The position numbers and the translations under genes are program-made. Below the pieces are notes generated by a model. The model saw nothing but the letters and a program-made list of their open reading frames with translations, searched no databases and was not told where the DNA came from. From Acidobacteriota bacterium (lineage in GTDB: Bacteria; Acidobacteriota; Blastocatellia; Pyrinomonadales; Pyrinomonadaceae): DNA of 64,000 bases. The stretch's first letter is position 1. Every line of letters begins with the position of its first letter. Shown piece after piece: positions 21,201-28,218 of the stretch. The stretch spans positions 10,932 through 74,931 of the forward strand of contig JAIVJM010000016.1 in the NCBI GenBank assembly GCA_020199995.1, written 5' to 3'.

Positions 21201-21860
21201 CTGCCCGCGGAAAGGCCATGTCCCCGCGAGCATCTCGTAGAGCAGCACTCCCGTCGAGAAGATATCCGCGCGGTGATCAACCTTCTGGCCCGTCGCCTGC
21301 TCGGGCGCGGCGTAGGTCGCCGTCCCGTAAGGGACGCCCAGCTCCGTGAGGTGAATGTCCGAGCCCTTCCGCTCGTCGTGCTGGCTCTCGTCCAAGAGCT
21401 TGGCGAGGCCGAAGTCCAGCACCTTCGCCAGCCCCGCGTCCGTGACCATCACGTTGCCCGCCTTGATGTCGCGATGGATGACGCCCTTCGAGTGCGCGGC
21501 GGTGAGGGCGTCGGCCACCTGATAAGCAATTGAGAGCGCGCTGTTGAGTGCGAGCGGGTGGCCCGCGACGACATCGCGGACGTTGCGCCCCTCGATGTAC
21601 TGCATGGCGATGAAGTGAAGGCCGTCAGCTTCGTGCAGGCCGTAGATGGTGCAGATGTTCGGGTGGTCTAAGGAGGAGGCGAGCTGAGCCTCGCGCTCGA
21701 AGCGCTTGAGGTTGACTTCGCGCGCCGTCAGCTCGGGCGAGAGCACCTTGATGACGACCGTGCGACCGAGTCGCTCGTCAGTCGCCCTGTAGACCGTGCC
21801 CTGCCCGCCCGCGCCGAGCTTTTCCGTGATGCGGTAGTTGAGGAGCGTCCTGCCAACCAT
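18288..21860 (-). CDS. Ser/Thr protein kinase fused to a TolB-like N-terminal module and two tandem copies of a roughly 320-aa TPR-like module
   Basis: Kinase motifs GAGGQGTVY, HRDIKAGN, DFGLAK and APE. It then has SIAILPFRNLS...GRELGV, then two homologous blocks starting APAYEEYLRGRD and ADAYEEYLRGRD. Confidence 0.9.
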   Translation of the reverse strand: MVGRTLLNYRITEKLGAGGQGTVYRATDERLGRTVVIKVLSPELTAREVNLKRFEREAQLASSLDHPNICTIYGLHEADGLHFIAMQYIEGRNVRDVVAGHPLALNSALSIAYQVADALTAAHSKGVIHRDIKAGNVMVTDAGLAKVLDFGLAKLLDESQHDERKGSDIHLTELGVPYGTATYAAPEQATGQKVDHRADIFSTGVLLYEMLAGTWPFRGQTSVEVRYAVLHDTPQPISEARDDNPPPRLQEIIDRALAKNPEARYQRMSELRDDLRAAMREAASASGGGAGVETTGLPGEIVPLSTPRHQRGGGGVGRNFRRWWRSLKGAETQPTSIPPGMIRSTAASPASASASTPRAPGGGSAAASPHVSQFETQKSIAILPFRNLSNDAEAGFYEFSLADAVITELARVRSLVVRSSSVIAKYQGIQVDPVEAGRELGVSAVLSASFLRAGDHLRVNAQLIEVETGDILWSDRIDASAEDIIALQDTIAQRIARGLNVDVRAATEADAPAPATQSAPAYEEYLRGRDHFARFLFHTLDPSDCDRAVEHFQRAIQLDSTFALAYSGLGACFANRVLKGLGGVEDYELAENAFNRALELDPDLVEARMLMVFIYLSRGEKHKARAEVARLVRKAPNEAAVYFVKGALHRLDGEYDRALRAFDKLGRLDPAARVVASYNRARVMMYQHRFTDALLELDQGARVEPDHPLIKTFRAVITGRNGDREEAARLLREVLDEHPAMDGIRPLLAQQLIKQGDEVGALSQLTERVRETAAADHDIAYWLATTYAMLGDRDEALEWLGRSIDLGNENRTWFESDPNWEHLREDPGFRALMQRLEEEKLRGLQAAGAAQDQSSIDRTEAGSSPRSTASADAYEEYLRGRDAGGRFIYHTLAREDSDEAIKHFERAVELDPNFALAHCALGGAYANRVIKGFGGAGDYERAEASFERALALDPKLLEARLHTVFIHLARGEKGQAREWVARLRREAPNDVGVQFVSATLARLDGRYEEALEAFARMVKINPAERVVVSYNRARIFMYQRRYDDALAELDLGAAAEPAHPLVKTFRAVVLARRGEPEAAIRIMREVVERHPRMDAVRPLLAQFLIKGGDEGAARAELGKSAREAADADHDVAYWLATAHAMLGERDTAFEWLGRAITLGNENRPWFESDPNWEPLREDPRFGELMRRLGP

Positions 21861-21863
21861 GAA

Positions 21864-21978
21864 GGGATTACGGATTGCGGATTTCGGATTTTAGATTTCG
21901 GATTATCATTTTCCCACGAGAGACGATGCGCAGATTCTAGACCCGCCCCCGCAAATCCACAATCGCAAATCCGAAACC
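21864..21978. repeat. Heptad-periodic hairpin (GGATTNC words)
   Basis: The left arm is gggattacggattgcggatttcggattttagatttcggattatc. The right arm is gcaaatccacaatcgcaaatccgaaacc. Confidence 0.7.
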
Positions 21979-22025
21979 TGAGATGTTTTTGACTGGCGCA
22001 CGGCCAGTCTCTAGTCGTGCACCGT

Positions 22026-22247
22026 TCAACCACGCGGCGGCGTGCCCCAGCCCGACCCGACGTACTCGCCGTCCCGCACCATGCACGGCACGGTCGGATC
22101 GCCGTCCGAGAAGGCCAGCATCTCCTTGCGCCGCGCGCGGTCGGTCTGCGCGTCGTACTCGGTCCACTCCACGCCCTCCGACTTGTAATAGTCGCGCGCC
22201 TGCTGGCAGTACGGACACCCCGGCTTGACGTAAATCACCAGTCCCAT
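22026..22247 (-). CDS. Glutaredoxin-like protein
   Basis: MGLVIYVKPGCPYCQQARDYY, 73 aa. The N-terminal extension in the track is rejected. Confidence 0.8.
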   Translation of the reverse strand: MGLVIYVKPGCPYCQQARDYYKSEGVEWTEYDAQTDRARRKEMLAFSDGDPTVPCMVRDGEYVGSGWGTPPRG

Positions 22248-22506
22248 CGCTCTTTTTCTCCCTTTCCATTTTATGCACCAGTGTAACGCACGCCCGCGCG
22301 AGTTGAGAAGCAATTGCGGCCCTCGCCGGCCACCCTCCCGAACGAACGCGGACGCCCCCGGCCAAGCCGGCTGCTCAGGAAGACCTCCGCACGTCGCGCT
22401 TATTTCGCGTATGATGCGAGGCACGCGAGCGCCGTCATTCATTTAAACCCCCGTCGGAAGGAAGCGCTCACATCATAAGACCATCGAACCAGGAGGAGGG
22501 AGCGGA

Positions 22507-23193
22507 ATGTCTACCAGCAAATCCCGCCGGCCTTCGGCAGCCGCCGAGCGTTGCCGCAAAAAATTCCTTCGCTACTTCCCCGGCGGCTTCCGCGACGAGA
22601 AGTACGTCGAATGGGAACGCGGCTACAAGTGGGAGACGCACGAGCGGTGGGAAGAGGCGCTCGGGCGCGACGAGTTTCGGAGGCTGCTCAGACGCGGCGA
22701 GTTCGCCGAGGTCACGGCCCGCGCGGTGCGCGTCGAGCAGAGCGCGCGCTACAGCATGATCTTCTCCTTCGAGAAGATGGCGCTGCGCGACGCGGTCAAG
22801 GAGCCCGAGGGCGCGCGCGCCTTCGCCGAGGGGCTCTACGACTTTCTCCACGGCCCCGGCGACACCGAGCGCAGGTTCGAGCGCTGGGTCGAGGTGGTCG
22901 CCGCGCTGCCGCGCCGCCAGACGCGCGTGCTGACGTGGCCACTCGTCACCGTCTTCGGCTTCATCGCCAGACCTGAAGAGCACTTCTTCCTCAAGCCGAA
23001 CGTCACGCGGGCGGCGGCGCGCGCCTACGGCTTCGACTTCCGGTACCAGTCGCGGCCCGACTGGGAGACCTACTCGAACCTGCTGGAGTTCGCCGAGACC
23101 GTGCGGCGCGACCAGCGCGACCTCAAGCCGCGCGACATGATAGACATCCAGTCGTTCGTCTGGGTGCAGGGGTCGGACGAGTACGCGGACTGA
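22507..23193 (+). CDS. Hypothetical protein
   Basis: 228-aa ORF with a strong SD (GGAGGAGGGAGCGGA-ATG). I recognise no family. Confidence 0.55.
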   Translation: MSTSKSRRPSAAAERCRKKFLRYFPGGFRDEKYVEWERGYKWETHERWEEALGRDEFRRLLRRGEFAEVTARAVRVEQSARYSMIFSFEKMALRDAVKEPEGARAFAEGLYDFLHGPGDTERRFERWVEVVAALPRRQTRVLTWPLVTVFGFIARPEEHFFLKPNVTRAAARAYGFDFRYQSRPDWETYSNLLEFAETVRRDQRDLKPRDMIDIQSFVWVQGSDEYAD

Positions 23194-23207
23194 ATCGAGC
23201 CGAAAGA

Positions 23208-23314
23208 GAAGATGAAGAAGAAATGATGAATGCGGAATGACGAGTGGTGAATAAGAAGGAGCTTGTCCTTTATTCATCACTCATCATTCCGCATTCATCA
23301 TTTCTTCTTCCATC
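23208..23314. repeat. Heptad-periodic hairpin (AATGATG family)
   Basis: gaagatgaagaagaaatgatgaatgcggaatgacgagtggtgaataa pairs with ttattcatcactcatcattccgcattcatcatttcttcttccatc. Confidence 0.8.
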
Positions 23315-23417
23315 CTGTGAATTGCCTGCGCGCCCGGCTCTCGTCACCCGCTGGGGTTTTCGTTATACTCTCGCTCTCCCCACGTTCTAACAGCCCCCGT
23401 GCCGGAGAGTTTGCCGC

Positions 23418-23723
23418 GTGTTCGAGAGCGACCTGCTTGACCCGTACGAAAAATTAATCTCCATCGAGGTGCTCGGCCAGAGCGTCGAGGTGCCCGAGAA
23501 GAACCGTCTGCTGCGCTGCTTCCAGTATCTCTCGCTGAACACCATCTCCTTCGGCGACTTCTGCTGGAACGGCGAGTGCACCAACTGCCAGTTCTGGTAT
23601 CACGAGCCGGGCGAGTCGGAGGCGCAGGACAAGACCGCGCTCTCCTGCCGCTTCGACGTGCGCGAGGGGCTCGTCGTCACACGACTCAGCCCGCACGTCG
23701 AAATCGAAGGAGTCAACAAGTGA
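23418..23723 (+). CDS. Small (2Fe-2S)-binding-domain-like protein (SoxA/HcnA N-terminal type)
   Basis: 101 aa with a GTG start. It carries the Cys cluster CWNGECTNCQ plus a later SC. The assignment is from motif memory only. Confidence 0.5.
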   Translation: MFESDLLDPYEKLISIEVLGQSVEVPEKNRLLRCFQYLSLNTISFGDFCWNGECTNCQFWYHEPGESEAQDKTALSCRFDVREGLVVTRLSPHVEIEGVNK

Positions 23724-23815
23724 AAGTCAGAAGTCCGCAACGATGAGCGATGAACTGAACGGCACGAGGGCTTTGCTTTCAGTTCATAGTTCATCGTTGC
23801 GGACTTCTGCGTTTC
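23722..23815. repeat. Heptad-periodic hairpin
   Basis: gaaagtcagaagtccgcaacgatgagcgatgaactgaa pairs with ttcagttcatagttcatcgttgcggacttctgcgtttc. Confidence 0.8.
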
Positions 23816-23827
23816 GGAGGTTTCCCC

Positions 23828-24865
23828 ATGCGTTTCGAGTATTACCACGAGGGACTGGCGGGCGTGCCGAAGCTGTCGGTGGACGGGACGGTGGAGAGTG
23901 CCGTCCACTTTTCGCACTGGCGCGGCAACCGCACCCCTTCGGAAGTCCGCGCCGATACCTCGACCGAGATTGCTCTGAACCTCGTCGCCTCGCCCCGCCG
24001 CGACGCGCTCACCGAGGGCATCGAACTCGTCACCAACAACCACTTCGACACGGACGGCGTGCTCTCGGTGTGGACTGTTCTCAAGGGCGCGGGCGCGCTC
24101 GAACTGCGCGATGAATTGGTCGCCGCCGCCGAGGCCGGAGACTTCTCCGAGCACACGGGGGCGCGCGGAGTCCGCGCGAGCCTCGTCATTCAGGGGAGCG
24201 ACAGCCCCCTCGCCGACGGCGGCGTGATCTCGCCGCTCGCGCACCGGCTCAAAGGGGGCGGGCAAGTGGACGAAGCTCGCGCCTACGCGCTCGTCCTCCC
24301 CGAAGTCGAAAACGTGCTCACGCGCACGGACGACTACGAGCCTTTATGGCGCGAGGGCTGGGCGGCGATTGAGGCGGCGCTGGAGAGCTTCGCGCGCGGA
24401 GCCTCGCGCGTCGAAGAGGACGCGGCGTCGGGCCTCTCCCTGATTACGCTCGCGCCCGACCTCTACGGCGCTTCCGGCTTCAAGCCGACGCGCCACGCCG
24501 CGCCCTACACCGCCATCTCGCACCACGCGCGCGGCGAGGTCTATCTCATCGCCATCCCCGGCGCTGAAGGCTGGAGCTACCGCGTGGATTATCCGTACTA
24601 CTCGTGGGCGGAAACGATTGTGCGCCCGCACGTCGAGCGGCGAGACTTCGCGGCGCTGGTCGAGCGGCTCAACGAACTGGAGCAAGGAGCAAAGGCGTTC
24701 TGGAAGACTGACGGGAGCGAGCTGACCTCGGCGGTCAAATTCACTGACGCGGGCGGCATCCTCTCGGCCTCGCGACTCGCGCCGGAAGAGGTGGCCTCAG
24801 AGGTGCGCTCTTTTCTGCTCGCCGAGCACGGCGGCGCGCGGGCCTCGCAGCCCGTCCGGGTGTAA
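23828..24865 (+). CDS. Hypothetical protein
   Basis: 345-aa ORF. It sits 3 nt upstream of the methyltransferase start, so it is probably co-transcribed. I recognise no family. Confidence 0.55.
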   Translation: MRFEYYHEGLAGVPKLSVDGTVESAVHFSHWRGNRTPSEVRADTSTEIALNLVASPRRDALTEGIELVTNNHFDTDGVLSVWTVLKGAGALELRDELVAAAEAGDFSEHTGARGVRASLVIQGSDSPLADGGVISPLAHRLKGGGQVDEARAYALVLPEVENVLTRTDDYEPLWREGWAAIEAALESFARGASRVEEDAASGLSLITLAPDLYGASGFKPTRHAAPYTAISHHARGEVYLIAIPGAEGWSYRVDYPYYSWAETIVRPHVERRDFAALVERLNELEQGAKAFWKTDGSELTSAVKFTDAGGILSASRLAPEEVASEVRSFLLAEHGGARASQPVRV

Positions 24866-24868
24866 AGC

Positions 24869-25462
24869 ATGGCCGACTGGGACGAGCGTTACCGGCGCGG
24901 CGAGCACGCGACCGACGAGCCGAGCCGCCTGCTCGTGCGCGCGGTCGAGGAGTTCGCGGCTCAAGTCGGAGGTGAAAGTTTCGGGGGCCGCCGCGCGCTC
25001 GACCTCGCGTGCGGCGCGGGCCGCCACGCGCTCTTTCTCGCGGGGCTGGGGTTTCAGGTCACGGCGGTTGACGCCTCGCGCGCCGGCATCGAACTGACGC
25101 TCGCGCGCGCACGCGAGCGAGACCTCAGCGTTGACGCGCGCGTCGCCGACCTCGAACGCGGCGAGTTCATCATCGAAGAAGCGGCTTACGATCTCGTCTG
25201 CGACTTCTACTTTCTCCAGCGCGACCTCTTCCCGCGGATGCGCGCGGGACTCCGGCCCGGCGGCCTCCTCGTCGCCGCGATTCACATGGTTGACGAGAGC
25301 CCGCTGGCGAAACCCATGCGCGATGACTTCCTCCTCCGCACCGGCGAGCTGCGCGAGGCGTTTAGCGAACTTGAAATCCTCCACTACCGAGAGACTGCTG
25401 GGCACGACGACGACGCGGGCGAGCACACGCGGCGCTCGGCGGAACTGATCGCACGACATTAA
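24869..25462 (+). CDS. Class I SAM-dependent methyltransferase (TehB-like size)
   Basis: Motif I is RALDLACGAGRHALFLA. An acidic residue sits at the end of beta-2 (VTAVDAS). 197 aa. Confidence 0.75.
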   Translation: MADWDERYRRGEHATDEPSRLLVRAVEEFAAQVGGESFGGRRALDLACGAGRHALFLAGLGFQVTAVDASRAGIELTLARARERDLSVDARVADLERGEFIIEEAAYDLVCDFYFLQRDLFPRMRAGLRPGGLLVAAIHMVDESPLAKPMRDDFLLRTGELREAFSELEILHYRETAGHDDDAGEHTRRSAELIARH

Positions 25463-25578
25463 AGAGTCAGGAGTCTGAAGTCAGGAGTCTGGAGCCGGAA
25501 AAGCCGTTCCCTCAAAAGGCACGCTCTTCGACGGCGAACTCTTAACTTCCGGCTCCAGACTCCGGACTTCAGACTCTT
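25462..25578. repeat. Heptad-periodic hairpin (GTCWGGA family)
   Basis: aagagtcaggagtctgaagtcaggagtctggagccggaa pairs with ttccggctccagactccggacttcagactctt. The loop is about 46 nt. Confidence 0.8.
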
Positions 25579-25583
25579 ATCTT

Positions 25584-26225
25584 ATGCATGACGTGATTAT
25601 CATCGGAGCAGGCGCGGCGGGGTTGTCCGCCGCGCTGTGGTGCGACGAGCTGGGACTGGACACGCTCGTGCTCGAACAGGGGGCGGAGGTCGGCGGGCAG
25701 CTCCTCAATGTCCACAACCCGATAGGGAATTATCCGGGCGTCGAGGCCGCGAACGGGACGGAGCTGCGCGACCTGTTCGCCGCGCAGGTCGCGGCGACGG
25801 TGACGCTCGTGCACCGCGGCAAGACTCTGGGCGCGCGCCGCGAGTTTGCCGAGAAGATTCAGGGCGACCACCGCATCACCGTCTTCAACGAAGCGACGCT
25901 CGAAGGAATTTTCGGGGGCGAGCGGGTCGAGGCGGTCGAAATCCTCCGGCGCGGCGCGCTCAAGCCGTTCCGCATGGCCGTGCGCGGAGTCCTCGTCCGC
26001 GTCGGCGTCGAGCCGAACGCCGAGCTGTTCGCCGGTCAGGCGCACACCGACGAACGCGGCTACCTCGTCGTCTCGGGCGAGCAGGAGACGAGCGTCGAGA
26101 ACGTCTTCGCCGCCGGAGACATCTCGAACCCGCTCGCGCCGACCGTCAGCGGGGCCTGCGGCGCGGGCGCGACCGCCGCCAAAATCATCGCCTCGCGCCT
26201 CACACTTAAAAGCCGTGAATCGTAA
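25584..26225 (+). CDS. Thioredoxin-reductase-like FAD oxidoreductase lacking the central NADPH/CxxC region (probably non-functional)
   Basis: The N-terminus DVIIIGAGAAGLSAALW...GGQL and the C-terminus VFAAGDISN...GAGATAA are TrxR-like. Only 213 aa are present, and the sequence jumps from AAQVAA directly to TVTLVHRG. Confidence 0.6.
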   Translation: MHDVIIIGAGAAGLSAALWCDELGLDTLVLEQGAEVGGQLLNVHNPIGNYPGVEAANGTELRDLFAAQVAATVTLVHRGKTLGARREFAEKIQGDHRITVFNEATLEGIFGGERVEAVEILRRGALKPFRMAVRGVLVRVGVEPNAELFAGQAHTDERGYLVVSGEQETSVENVFAAGDISNPLAPTVSGACGAGATAAKIIASRLTLKSRES

Positions 26226-26295
26226 ATCGTCAATCGCGAATAGAAGGAATCAGTTCTTTCTTGTCACGATTGACGATTTACGATTCACGGCTTTT
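26208..26295. repeat. Heptad-periodic hairpin (RAATCGT family)
   Basis: aaaagccgtgaatcgtaaatcgtcaatcg pairs with cgattgacgatttacgattcacggctttt. The TAA stop of the preceding ORF lies inside the left arm. Confidence 0.85.
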
Positions 26296-26349
26296 ACCGT
26301 TTGCGTTCGGCGCGTGGCGCTGATACTTTTTCGCGGGACGCTAAGACAG

Positions 26350-26673
26350 ATGAGTTTCCAGACAATCACCCCGGAGCAGCTCGACGAGCGGCGCAGGCGC
26401 GGCGATGCGTTGCTGTTGATTGACGTGCGCGAGCCGGAGGAGTTCGAGCTGGCGCGCATCGAGGGCGCGCGGCTCCTGCCGCTCAGCCGCTTCGACGAGT
26501 GGGCCTCGACGCTCGACGCCGGACAGGAGATCGTCTTCATGTGCCACCACGGCATCCGCAGCGCGCAGACCTGCGCCTTCTTCGCGCGTCAGGGCTTCCG
26601 TCAACTCTACAACCTCGCGGGCGGCATTGACCGCTGGTCGTGCGAAGTTGACCGGCGCGTCCCGCGATATTGA
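26350..26673 (+). CDS. Rhodanese-domain sulfurtransferase
   Basis: 107 aa. IDVREPEEF...MCHHGIRS active-site loop...GGIDRW. Confidence 0.85.
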   Translation: MSFQTITPEQLDERRRRGDALLLIDVREPEEFELARIEGARLLPLSRFDEWASTLDAGQEIVFMCHHGIRSAQTCAFFARQGFRQLYNLAGGIDRWSCEVDRRVPRY

Positions 26674-26687
26674 ATCAGCGGAAGGGG

Positions 26688-26775
26688 AAATAATGAACGC
26701 CTATGCGTTGAATGATGAATCAGAAGCAAGCTGTCTCTCTTTCATTCATCATTCAACATTCCGCGTTCATCATTT
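26688..26775. repeat. Heptad-periodic hairpin (AATGATG family)
   Basis: aaataatgaacgcctatgcgttgaatgatgaat pairs with ttcattcatcattcaacattccgcgttcatcattt. Confidence 0.8.
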
Positions 26776-26781
26776 GTCGTT

Positions 26782-27225
26782 ATGCTTGAGCCCGACGCCG
26801 AAGGTCGTCCCGCATACACGGAGGCGCACGCCGCCTTCTATCCGGAAGAGTATCTGGCCGGGATCGACCTCTACAACGAGGGCGAGTTCCACGCGGCGCA
26901 CGACGCCTGGGAGGAACGGTGGCGCGACGACGCCGGAGCACGCGAGAAGCTCTTCCTGCAAGGAATGATTCAGGCGGCGGTCATCTTCCACCACCTCGAA
27001 ATCGGGCGGCCCGGCGCGGCGCGGCGCATGCACCAGCTGGCGACGGAGAAGTTCGCGCGCCTCGGTGCGGCACGCTTCATGTCGCTCGACCTCGAAGACT
27101 ATCTCGCGCGGCTCGAACGCGCTCTCACGTGGCTCATCGAAGCGCGCGACCCGCGCGAGGTCGTGCCGCCCCCTTTCGCCGCGCCTCGTATTCAACTTCT
27201 GCCCGAGTTGATGGAGTACGACTGA
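26782..27225 (+). CDS. DUF309-domain protein
   Basis: GIDLYNEGEFHAAHDAWEERW...LFLQGMIQAAV matches the DUF309 signature as I remember it. Confidence 0.65.
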   Translation: MLEPDAEGRPAYTEAHAAFYPEEYLAGIDLYNEGEFHAAHDAWEERWRDDAGAREKLFLQGMIQAAVIFHHLEIGRPGAARRMHQLATEKFARLGAARFMSLDLEDYLARLERALTWLIEARDPREVVPPPFAAPRIQLLPELMEYD

Positions 27226-27340
27226 CCGGAGGCCGGCGACAGCCGCGAGGTGTTGGCGTCGGCGGGCGTTTGTGATTTAGAATCGGCGCGCGCAAACAGA
27301 CACACACAAGCGGCCACGGTCACAAGGAGAAGATTTCGGC

Positions 27341-28150
27341 GTGGAGATTATTGATAACCTCGACGACTGGCGCGACCGCTACGCGCGCTGGAAGCTGACC
27401 AACGAGATGCGCGACGACACCGTCGGCGCGCGTTACCCGTGGGTCGAGAATCGCCACGCGCCCTTCACGCCAGCGCGCCGCGCGCTCCCGATGCTCAACC
27501 TCGCGCTCATCACCTCGGCGGGCGCTTACATTGACGGGACGCAAGCCTTCGACACCGGCGTTGCGGGCGGCGACACTTCTTTCCGCGAGATTCCCATCGA
27601 GGTCGGGGCCGCGGACTTGAAGTGGTCGGCGCGCGGCTACGACCCGGCGGCGGTGCTCACGGACATGAACTCACAGGTTCCCGTCGGGCGGCTCAAGGAG
27701 TTCGAGGGCAACGGCATCATCGGCCAGCTCAATCCGGTCTGGTGGAGCCTCTGCGGCTTCATCCCGAGCGCGGGCCGCTTCGCGGGAACGACGCTCCCCG
27801 AGCTGGTCGAGCGCGTCGTGCGCTACGAGGTGCAGGCGGCGCTCCTCGTCCCGGCCTCGCGCCTGTGCCATCAGACGCTCGGCCTCGTCGGGCGCGCCGT
27901 CGAGGCCGCCGGCATCCCGACCATGATGCTCGCCGTTGACCGCGAAGCCTCGGAGCGCGTGCGCCCGCCGCGCGCGGTCTTCTATGCGGGCGAGTTCGGC
28001 TGCGTCGCCGGCAAGCCCGAATGGCCCGAGCACCAGCGCCGCATCCTCGACGAAGCGCTCCGCCTCATCGAGCCGATTGACCAGCCCGGCGTCCGCAAAC
28101 TCTCAGTCTCGCTCGAAACCGAAGTCGAGATGGGGCGCGGCGAAAAGTAA
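27341..28150 (+). CDS. Glycine/sarcosine/betaine reductase component-B-like (GRDB family) protein, non-selenocysteine
   Basis: GTG start after AAGGAG. LALITSAGAYI, SFREIP, VPVGRLKEFEGNGIIGQL and AAGIPTMMLA follow the GrdB/PrdB-like motif order. There is no in-frame TGA. Confidence 0.5.
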   Translation: MEIIDNLDDWRDRYARWKLTNEMRDDTVGARYPWVENRHAPFTPARRALPMLNLALITSAGAYIDGTQAFDTGVAGGDTSFREIPIEVGAADLKWSARGYDPAAVLTDMNSQVPVGRLKEFEGNGIIGQLNPVWWSLCGFIPSAGRFAGTTLPELVERVVRYEVQAALLVPASRLCHQTLGLVGRAVEAAGIPTMMLAVDREASERVRPPRAVFYAGEFGCVAGKPEWPEHQRRILDEALRLIEPIDQPGVRKLSVSLETEVEMGRGEK

Positions 28151-28160
28151 GAGCGCGCGT

Positions 28161-28200
28161 TTTCAGTCCACAGAATCGAGCCCCGGGAGGGGCTCTGAAA
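28161..28200. terminator. Hairpin between convergent genes
   Basis: TTTCAG...GAGCCCC-GGGA-GGGGCTC-TGAAA lies between the GRDB-like stop (28150) and the kinase stop (28219). Confidence 0.55.
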
Positions 28201-28218
28201 CTGCCTGCTGCCGGCGGC

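Noticed and set aside
26208-26295. Hairpins at gene 3' ends considered as integron attC sites.
   Set aside because: There are no GTTRRRY/RYYYAAC core sites at the arm ends. There is no intI integrase and no attI. The genes between hairpins include ordinary conserved genes in mixed orientation.
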